Origin: Botryllus schlosseri
Taxonomy: Eukaryota
Length of the DNA stretch: 64,000 nt
Assembly: GCA_051294905.1 (NCBI GenBank)
Contig: CM119371.1
Location: 36,520,001 to 36,584,000, forward strand
Direction of reading: 5' to 3'
The translations under genes and the position numbers were made by a program. Positions 1-8,900 of the stretch are shown piece after piece (position 1 is the stretch's first letter; each line of letters opens with the position of its first letter). The notes under the pieces are model-generated. The model was not told the origin of the DNA and searched no databases. It saw nothing but the letters and a program-made list of their open reading frames with translations.

Positions 1-150
1 TGCGCTGTCTGTGAACTTATCATTTGATAATTTACAGCCTGTAGCCTACTTTATAGGCCTGCCGTTGTCAGCTATCAACCTCTGCTGCTGAACGTTCTTT
101 CTCCATACTTGACAAGCTACTTAGTAAGAACAGACACTTTCTACCCGAGA

Positions 151-426
151 TACTGCAGTGGTATAATCCGGGGCTGCAACACCAATGGGTGTGGGTTCGA
201 TTCCGACCTAGGTCGACTTCATAATTCCGATAGCTAAGTGTTGGAGGTTTACCTAGGCTCCTCCTCGCCACCTCATCCGCGTAAGCGGTGTCTTACAAAA
301 AAGCCTAGAGGTGGGCCGTGCTATATGTTGGCAGTTACGGAAAATAATGAAGAATATCGGCCTGGCGTAAATAACCATAGTAGTTGACAAACACCATGAA
401 TACCACAAAACAAACAAACAAAACAA
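151..426 (+). mobile_element. tRNA-derived SINE, family A
   Basis: A box (cagtggta), B box (ggttcgattcc), (CAAA)n tail, 17-bp direct repeat acactttctacccgaga at 134-150 and 427-443; other copies listed below. Confidence 0.9.
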
Positions 427-2043
427 ACACTTTCTACCCGAGAATGTAGGAAAGTATCTTTCGTTGTACTACAACAAATTTTATTTATTCCATCATAATA
501 CGTAATGTAACTACTGCAATTCTTCATAGGGCCAGATTTCGTTAAAATACTAGTTTTTTCATGTAAAAATTTGTCAGTTTTTGAGCCAAAAACGTTTATT
601 CAGGCCAATCTACTTTGTAAGGACAGACAGTTCCAACCAGAAATGAAGATAAGTAGTACAATTTTAACATTATGTGCGAAAACACCTAATTTGCATGCGT
701 GAGGTCAAAATTTGGTCAAATTTCAGTTTTTTTAGGTCAAAAAAAGTCAAAATATAGATTTTTTAGGTGAAAATCTTCCGTTTTTAGGTCAAAAAAAAAT
801 CGCCCCAGTTATTATATAGGTGTGCGCACTGCGCAGCGTGCGAGAGTGGAGCTTACGCGTAAGTTCGTCGAAGCGAGAAGACTTGCTTGCATTATCGGCA
901 TTTACGATGTACTCTACCCTAATGAATTGAAATCTTGGTAAATTTTGGGTACCGGGCTTATCAATCGCTTTGAAATCTTAATTAAGGATTGCACCGTGAT
1001 AGTGATTTAGTTGATCAGAGAGAAGCAGACATGGCGGCACCTGTATGACAATGCTGTTTTCAAATCCACATTGCATTGTCATTATCGGCGAGAAATGGCT
1101 CTGAAGTGACGTATTGATGTCGATAAAACATATTCATTAAATACGATTTATTCCTTGTATATATGCGCGAATAATGTATCCTTTCAGCAATCCGGCCCGC
1201 CAAGTACTTAATTTCCCTATATCCTGCCCGCTGACTGGAGAAGTTGCGCGCCCCTGCTCCGTAAGAATATCATCGCATCGCATTTCCGGTACATTGGCAC
1301 GAGACACGTGCAAGTTTGAAGTAAATACTCGCCAAATCATCTATAATATAGGCGCACCCATAAAATATCCCAGCTACGGGCGATCAATACTGCAGCGATC
1401 TGAGTGATTATTAGTACAGTATTAGGTTGAGGTTAGCGTGGCGAGAATTTCAAACTATATCTACCCCACTTCCTGATCTATAATCCTAATGGGAGATCGT
1501 TTGAAATGTGACCAATAAGATATCTCGCTATGTAAATACTACAAATGTGCGGACAATATTTCAGAAGAAATGTAATTATCAATCACATTGAGTTATTAGT
1601 ACGTTGCGTCATGATTGCTTGTAAGCTGTCGTCACTCAAGGAATGAGGTAGTTGGAGTGGACCACATTACCAATTATTGCGTCACACGATAGCCTACAAT
1701 TTGCTCGGAGACGTCGTGTCTAGACTCAATAGAATATCGGATCAACATTACTGTTGTCATTATTACATCACAAAATCATGTCATTCCAAGTGCTCCTAAA
1801 ACCGTTGCACAAGCGTGTATTTGTTCCTACACAGCATTCAATAGTTCACGTTCACACATAACAAAAGCGACCGTATTCCGTGAACAGCGATCAACGTACG
1901 CTTCATGAAGCATGCACAGATCACGATAAAATGTATAAAACACCTAAGTATGGAAGTATGGAAATGTCGTTCCATACCATAGATTAAAATCTTCCATTCC
2001 ATACCATACTTGCATTGTTCCATATTCCATACCAAAATATCGA

Positions 2044-2205
2044 TCCATACCATACCATACTTCCATACCATACCATACCATACCATACCATACCATACCA
2101 TACCATACCATACCATACCATACCATACCATACCATACCATACCATACCATACCATACCATACCATACCATACCATACCATACCATACCATACCATACCA
2201 TACCA
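2044..2205. repeat. (CCATA)n pentanucleotide microsatellite, expanded at the end of a CCATA-rich element ending ...catgccctg
   Basis: About 30 near-perfect units; source of the MVWYG/HTIPY ORFs in the track. Confidence 0.97.
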
Positions 2206-3008
2206 TGCCCTGACAGTAGGTAGACGGTATTGTCTGATTTCGAAATATCGGCTCTCTCCTATTCACGCCCACTCACCGTAAACGCTAGTAATTCCACGTG
2301 GTTTATGATCTCTAGCCGAACAACGTTAATTAAGATCATACTTTTAGGGATCATTTCTATAGTATGTGTCTTGATCGTGATTGTTCTAAATTGCGAATCC
2401 GAGCCCCGCGATGAAGAGACAAAACCTCGCGGCCTGAGCAAGAAGCGAGCTCGAACTTAGACTTCGGTCTTCAGTTCGAGATTGATGACTGCGCCTTCTT
2501 TCCGGAGTTGGTTGGCTGCGAGGTCGTCTGAGCGGTTCAGCACTTTACGTTATTCACTCTACTATCCAACGGCATTCGATGTTAAATCAAGGTTAATCTC
2601 AAGCTATTTTCGTCGATTCGCATATACAAGGAGCCTATCAACGTCGATCCTCCCTCTGAATATTATTAGCCAAACATCACATGAATAGATTACCTCTGCT
2701 ACTACCGCTTTACTGGATCATGGCGTATTACATTTGTATGACTGTAAACTATTTCATGACAGCTATGACGGACCCAAGGCGATTTTAAACCATTGTAAGT
2801 GGACCTTTGCTGAAAATAGTTGACTAGCCTTGACATACGGTGTTAGCATAAACTGGATCGCGTGAAGTGGAAAATGGACATATATTTGCTTGATTGGGTT
2901 TTGAATATATGACCTTTGCTAAAACATAGTTTAGTAGCTCTGATATAAAGGATTCTCCAAAGTGCGCGACGGACATATACTAACTTAATCCAGTGTGTCG
3001 GGGCTCAC

Positions 3009-3147
3009 CATAAACTTGTGCAAAATCTCGCTCCTGTCCTCTCTAGTGGCCAGCCTTCCCTTGCGTCGGAATAACTCGTGAACCTCCGGGTACGTGAGGG
3101 TACCGTCTTTGTCTCTGTCTGCTTTTCGGAATATTTCCCAGAGAAAC
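3009..3147 (-). CDS. PLCD: PLC-delta-like gene, exon 4 (EF-hand: FLWEIFRKADRDKDGTLTYPEVHELF...HKFM)
   Basis: Begins after U12 acceptor ...CATAC|; EF loop DRDKDGTLTYPE resembles PLCD 'RKADKNKDNKMSFKE'; ends ATG|GTGAGC, phase 0. Confidence 0.88.
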
Positions 3148-3756
3148 GTATGGTCGCTAGTTAAGAAATGAGCGTCGTTTCGATTCAGGACAATGACTGA
3201 GATAAGCGAAACGATTTCTCACAGTTTGAAGATCTTTTCATGAACCAAGATTTCAGAGTTTCGTCAAAACTTAGACAGCTACGTCTGGCACAAAATATTT
3301 CTTCATGTAGGCTACTTCAAGAATGTACATCAAATTTAAAAAATCATCATCTCGTTTGAACTATTTGTATATTATTTACAGCGGCAAATGTATCTATCAT
3401 GTACAATGTACATTGTACGTACATCCATATTTGCTAATGCTCGACCGCTTGCAATCTACTCCACTTGCACTTTACGTTAGGACTATGCCAGGAAAAGCCT
3501 ATGCATTGCTGGTATTCTTTTGAGGATAAAACGCAATCGAAATTAAGCAAAAAAGGGAGAAGTTCCACTGTCACACATGAATGTAAGTAATTCTCTTCTA
3601 AGCGGTTGGATTTATGGAAACGATATGCAAGCGATGTACCCATTGATTTGGGTAGAATACGACAAATGGATGCGAATGCTGGATACAATCAATTGCAAAG
3701 AACTTATAATATATGTATACGCCACAAGGCGCATTTATTACGCTGTAAAAGGATAT
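3148..3756 (-). other. U12-type (minor spliceosome) AT-AC intron, 609 nt
   Basis: 5' ATATCCTTT at 3756-3748, branch site TTCTTAAC at 3167-3160, terminal AC at 3149-3148; splicing restores the frame (CT+G = Leu). Confidence 0.92.
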
Positions 3757-3961
3757 AGTTGTTGCGTGAGCCGTGGCGGTAACGTGCTCAGTTTCTTCTT
3801 GATGTAGTTCAAGCCCCTGAACCACGACTTGGCCGACTCTTCCGAACCCGCCATGAAATTCAAAGTTTTCCTCTTTCCGCTGAAAACGACTGAGAAACAG
3901 TGCGTCTCTGGTAAATTTCCTTGGGTGACGCGGCGCTCCAGTATTACGTCACGAATGTCGA
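3757..3961 (-). CDS. PLCD: PLC-delta-like gene, exon 3 (C-half of PH domain: DIRDV...PETHCFSVVFSGKRKTLNFMAGSEESAKSWFRGL)
   Basis: Acceptor tttttgcag; matches PLCD '[34 protein letters not shown]'; ends at U12 donor CT|ATATCCTTT. Confidence 0.9.
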
Positions 3962-4357
3962 CTGCAAAAAGAGATGACGTTATCGTCAAATTTCAAAGAT
4001 GATCAGTACAGATGTGCTCCTATGCTTTGTCGGGGTACTCAAATAGGGTTTGCCTACTTGCACGTGGTACACTCAAGTTGTTCGACTATTTTCATGCAAT
4101 TCTTATTGGATAGTTGACTGTTTTCGCTTTGGATTTTGAAACGCAGGAAGTAGTTTTGGGACTATTTTGGTTCATTTTTATGATTGAAATTGTCATAAAT
4201 CGTGAGACAAGGGAGTAATAAGCATCACTGACAACATCAAACCGGATCGCTCTGTCGCATAAAGAATTACGTGAAATGGCCCCAATCACAGATATAACAT
4301 ATTTTCGCCGATTCTCCCTATTGGTAGTCCTGGGCCTACGATGCTTAGTATCGTAAG

Positions 4358-4789
4358 TAGGGTTGCATTTAAAACAAATGGTTGTTCAAAACACTTTGTT
4401 TGAAACATGTTTTAGACAGTGTTTTAAACAGAGGCCTTTAAAAAATCGTGTTATTTTAAGTTGCTAAATTACGCTATAATTGTGTAAATACTTTCCAAAA
4501 AACATGTTGTATGAGCCTACGGACAATTACCGCCCGATATAACCGACGTATACGATATGGGACGGTTGGACCCTCATACTTTAATTTCGCCTCAACAGCT
4601 ACAGTACGTAGATATTTCGTCAAATGAGCTATATTTACCATATATTTTCAATTGTCAATGTCGATCCACTATCACGTCACAATTGAATATTTGTCATGAC
4701 TTTAAAAGACAATAAAAACATGTTTTAAACAAGGGTCTAGTTTTAAGCATGTTTGTTTGAAATGGATTTTTGCTTTAAATGCAACCCTA
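4358..4789. mobile_element. MITE with TAGGGTTGCATTTAAA termini in PLCD-like intron 2
   Basis: About 21-bp TIR with one mismatch; TSD degenerate. Confidence 0.75.
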
Positions 4790-4822
4790 CCCGTAGTCCC
4801 ATTATTCATGTTGGATAAGTCG

Positions 4823-5085
4823 CGAGAGAGAGAGAGAGGTATGATATTCTTTCTCGCCTGCACCATCGAGATGCTTTGGCGACGGAGTTGCGATACGGCC
4901 CCATGAGGTCATCTAGTCTGCGCCCCCGTTTTTTTTCTCCTCCATGCTATCCGTGATTGCTGAGCGCCTAGCAGGATAGCTGCGGATACCATTTTTCGAG
5001 TCTTTGGTATGACCCGGCCGGGGATCGAACCCACGACCTACCGCTCGAGAAGCCGGACGCATAACCATTACACTATCTCGCTCGG
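4823..5085 (-). mobile_element. tRNA-derived SINE with Meta-like central domain and (CT)n tail
   Basis: Head with A and B boxes (GGTTCGATCC), then GGGTCATACCAAAGACT..AAAAATGGTA...CTGCTAGGCGCTCAGCA; no TSD seen. Confidence 0.8.
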
Positions 5086-5380
5086 ATACATCAGGCAAGT
5101 TCGACAGTAGCTACATCCGTTTGACTGCTACAAGTATACGACCCTTCGACCTAATGTGTTTTTTGAAACTACTCCCTTGAGCCCTTTTTACTTTTCATTT
5201 TCCATTTACGCCTCTAGTGGTTGGTTAATGAGTAGAATGTTTCGCAGTTGCTTCTACTCCCAGTTGAGGTTCACTGCATTGATCAACTCTGTGACGTTAG
5301 GCGGAAAAGTATACCTCATGAGGACGAAATCAATGAGCTTGCTTTCTCGCGCTAGGCAGAAACAGCAGAAAATTACCCAC

Positions 5381-5560
5381 ACGATCCGGTCACTGATGAG
5401 GTATTCATATTCGGAAGCCAGCAGCGGCTACGCCTGTACGAAACCCGAATGAAATCGTCCTCCAGCCAGCAAAATGCGTTCACAGTTCTGGTGACCCAGC
5501 GCGCGTGACGAACCATCAGGAGCCCTTCGCCGTCTCGCATTAAGCCGAAGGTGTCATCGG
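5381..5560 (-). CDS. PLCD: PLC-delta-like gene, exon 2 (N-half of PH domain: ADDTFGLMRDGEGLLMVRHARWVTRTVNAFCWLEDDFIRVSYRRSRCW...)
   Basis: Acceptor ttcatttcag, donor T|GTGGGT; 180 nt, phase 1-1; aligns by eye with PLCD1 'LLKGSQLLKVKSSSW...LQEDCKTIW'. Confidence 0.8.
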
Positions 5561-5845
5561 CTGAAATGAAAGTAACACGTCACCTACTTTCACCAGAAAC
5601 AAAATGCGGTAAAAGGCGAACAGCTGTAGATTATTACAAATCTTCCATAACCATGGGATGTTGTGAGTAACGAAGTACACTTCAATTTTGCGACACTCAC
5701 GTAGGTTTTTCGTGTTGACGCTGCTTTCTCACGTGGCTATAGTTTTATACTACTTCTGGTTGAACGTTTTCAAGGAAAAAAATTATTACTTTTTACCTTT
5801 TGAAAAGCAGAAAGTACTTTGAGGCGGAGTTGGACACAGCTGCTC

Positions 5846-6232
5846 CAAATTAGACTAGAATCAGAATTATAGCTACACATTTTTTTTTTTGAATTATACT
5901 AGAATTGGAATTTTAGATACACATATTTTTTTTCAAATTAGATTAGAATTAGAATTACAGCTACATAATTTTTTTTCAAGAATAAACTTGAATAAGAATT
6001 ATACCTACACATTTTTTGTTAAAATTAGATTAGCATAGAATTATGGATACCTATTGTTTTCAAAATGAGACTAGAATAAGAAATATAGATACACAGTACT
6101 TTTTTAATTAGAATACGAATTGAGCTAGATTAGAATGGAATTATAGATACACATTTTTTTTAATTAGACTAGAATTAGAATTATAGCTACACGGTTTTTT
6201 TTCAAATTAGATTAGAATTAGAATTGAATTCG
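5846..6232. repeat. Minisatellite, about 9 copies of a ~42-bp unit AAATTAGATTAGAATTAGAATTATAGCTACACAT(T)n
   Basis: Visible tandem array inside a MITE copy. Confidence 0.85.
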
Positions 6233-6277
6233 CAATAACTCGGAAATTGAATCAAGCTCGGTTCACATCAAATCAGA

Positions 6278-6614
6278 GGGAAGCGAGTGGCGTAGTTGGT
6301 TAAGCGCCAGCGTCACCACAGCAAGGGCAGTGGTTCGAATCCCGGTTCGGACTAACTTCTACGTGTCGGAGGTTATATGGGATCCTCATCGCCGAAATCT
6401 TGAAAAGCCCAGTCACAGTGAGCCGAGCTATAAGTCGGCAGCAAAAAGAGACGATGAAGAAGCGAGCGTGACAGAGAGTGCCTGGGGGAGTGCAAGAGCG
6501 TTCAAGAGCCGAAGAAATGCATTCATTGTACTGTATAACTTGTAATGCCGTGGGACACAAAGCCTTAAACAGGCTATAAGCACCACTGATGTGAATCATA
6601 ATAATAATGATAAT
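6278..6614 (+). mobile_element. tRNA-derived SINE, family B
   Basis: A box tggcgtagttgg, B box ggttcgaatcc, (ATA)n tail, 11-bp TSD atcaaatcaga at 6267-6277 and 6615-6625; inserted in a MITE. Confidence 0.9.
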
Positions 6615-7459
6615 ATCAAATCAGAATGCATTCAAGTAAGCATAAGAATTGCAAATGTCTGTGCAGCCAGCTTGGGTCTTTTCGCACTATACGCTATACA
6701 ATTCTCCTGTTACATATTCATGAAAACTAAATATTAGATTGGAATTAGAGTTATAGGACAGAAACATTTCGCAACTTAGATTACCGGCAATAACTAGATT
6801 TATCCAATAGTCCGAGTCTACTTTGAGGACAAGTTTGCATCACGTTTGTGACTGAAATTGCCTTCAAAACCGCGTGAAATATCCACTGTATCACGGTATC
6901 AATGTATAAATAGTCGACGATTTCAATTATTTGTGGTGGCATTAATCATTTTGGGTAAACCGCGCAAATTCATCGTGCAATTTCCAATACAGTCATCCGT
7001 AGGGTCACAATAATTTGGGAACCGTGAAGGACGACACTTTTCACAGGCTGCAAAAGTTACCATAGCGGACGACAAAACGGATAATTTTGAAATTTATACA
7101 GCTAATTTCACTGGGTTGACTAAAAAAGGTCATCTTTTCGACTTGACTCGCGAAATACCCGTCGTCCGTGGGTTCGGCCCAACTTTTCCCAGAATTCATG
7201 GTCTTTTCATAGAGTTTAGGCTAAAAAGAAGGACATTTGGGCGAAGGGAGGATATTTCTTGAAAAGGAGGACAAATCCTTCTAAATGAGGACGTATGGTA
7301 ACCCTATATTAAGTATCCCAGGCCCAGTTTTGCGCAAAAGGCTGAACACTGCTAAGTAGAACTGGACCATTCAAGTAAATATAGTACAAGCGTGGGCAAA
7401 ACCTATTTGATAATGAGAAAAAGTAGAAGTACTTCGTTACTGACCACCGCAGGCCTTAC

Positions 7460-8060
7460 CTTCAGCTCTGTCGGAAAGCTCAATCTCCTTCAGAATCGAT
7501 TTAGGCAGAGCTGGTGGGCGTGTCCGTTTCGGTTGACTAAACACGCTGAATTTCAGCAAGGTCCTGGGGTTCGACCATGCGTGACGAACCGGTTCCGGAT
7601 CTTTCGCGACAATCTGCGGATCACATCCGGTTCCGTCTGTTACGTCTTCCGAGTTACCTCCACCGTGTAAGGTTATGATCGGAAAACCACCCGGGACGGG
7701 GCTTGTGACGTTATAGAGAACCTCATTGGAGCCCAGCTGTTTTGCGTGTCTGCTGAAAGAGGTTTCGGAAATTTCCGGAGCGTTTCGGACGTCTTTGGAT
7801 CGTTTCGCATGTTCGGAGAGTATTCTCCAACTGAAGTCTGCGATCAGTTTTTTATGTCCGTTTACGTCATCATTTGTGGCGTCACTGAGGTGCTTATCGT
7901 CCGCGTAATAGGAAGAGTCGGTGTTTGTGCCCTCAGCGTTTTTGATGTTGTTAGGCCTTCGATGTGAAGCCGATTCGCTGATTCGATTCGAGGTTAAGGA
8001 TTCGGGATTCGGAATTCTTCCACGCGAATCTTGGTTCGGGTATGATTCTTTGCTTTCCAT
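7460..8060 (-). CDS. PLCD: PLC-delta-like gene, first coding exon (low-complexity/disordered N-terminal extension, about 200 aa)
   Basis: 207-aa ORF from ATG 8060; donor GAAG|GTAAG at 7460/7459 (phase 1) joins in frame to the PH exon at 5560. Confidence 0.7.
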
Positions 8061-8204
8061 TACGTCATAGCGGCTGTTACTGTATGCGTTTTGCTACGAA
8101 TTCTAGACTGTTATAGATTCGTTGTGCTTATAGGTGTCATCCGTAGATACATAATATAGCGTTGTGCTGTCACTCCAATAAAAATGTACATGATATACAT
8201 ATAT

Positions 8205-8476
8205 ACACACACACACACACACAATCTGTGCATATGCATACCATATGTGCATGATGTAAATATGCCGCTGGACAAGGAGGGTGCCGAAGTAGCCTTGTAG
8301 GGCTTTCTAAGTCTTGCACCACCATCCATGCAATGCCGAATAGGCTGAGCACAAAGCGGGAAAGTCTTGGATACCAGTTTAACTGGTCAGGTCTTTGGTC
8401 GGACCCGGCCGATGAAGGAACCCACGGCCTACCGATCAAGAAGCCGCGCGCTCCACCATTACTCTATCTTGTCGGT
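8205..8476 (-). mobile_element. SINE with the same head and Meta-like domain as 4823-5085 but a different 3' tail, ending in (TG)n
   Basis: GAT AG.GTAATGGT...CGGTAGG.CGTGGGTTC...CGGCCGGGTC..ACCAAAGAC...TGGTATCC...GCTCAGC shared; downstream sequence unrelated. Confidence 0.75.
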
Positions 8477-8559
8477 AACTAACAACTACCGATAGGCTCG
8501 GGCACTCGTCGAGTATGAGACAAACAATTGTTTCGAGTTCTAAAATTATATTTCCCTTG

Positions 8560-8900
8560 ACACCCACAGCTACACTTTCAGATTTGTTGAATATTCAGGA
8601 CCTATCATTTGGAATGCATTACCACAATTCATCCGTGAATTGCCGTATGATAGATTTCAAAAAGACCTATTCGATCATCTCTTATCGTCATATCAACACT
8701 GCTGGCCTACCTCGCCCGGTCACTGCTTGTATAATTTGCTACTATCAGTTTTTTTCTACTTTATTTTTAACTAACATTCGTGACGGCGAGACCATGTATC
8801 TGTACACTGTACGTACAAGTACAGGCAGTGTACTTGTTTGAAGAGGACGTGATCAGACTATAGTTGACCTCCAAGGTCGTATCTATCATTTCTAACCAAT
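8560..8900 (+). mobile_element. 3' fragment of a CR1/L2-like LINE (ORF2 C-terminus remnant)
   Basis: Translates as ...YSGPIIWNALPQFIRELPYDRFQKDLFDHLL, a typical post-RT C-terminus; second copy at ~16430-16540 (TRSSSKGNIYL...GPIIWNALP). Confidence 0.65.

Noticed and set aside
789..977. Minus-strand open frame DFKAIDKPGTQNLPRFQFIR..., weakly EF-hand-like, as next PLCD exon
   Set aside because: Available acceptors give phase 1 while the preceding exon ends in phase 0; the similarity is too weak.
1176..1184. Plus-strand GTATCCTTT U12-like donor
   Set aside because: No upstream coding exon or matching branch site and acceptor found.
1137..1340. 67-aa minus ORF after tattatag| as an alternative last exon of the PLCD-like gene
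   Set aside because: Phase-compatible but no recognisable homology; cannot be supported without transcripts.
1838..2281. MVWYG/HTIPY repeat ORFs
   Set aside because: Translation of the (CCATA)n microsatellite; open in several frames on both strands.
5846..6232. CRISPR-like repeat array
   Set aside because: No unique spacers, eukaryotic context and no cas genes; it is a minisatellite.
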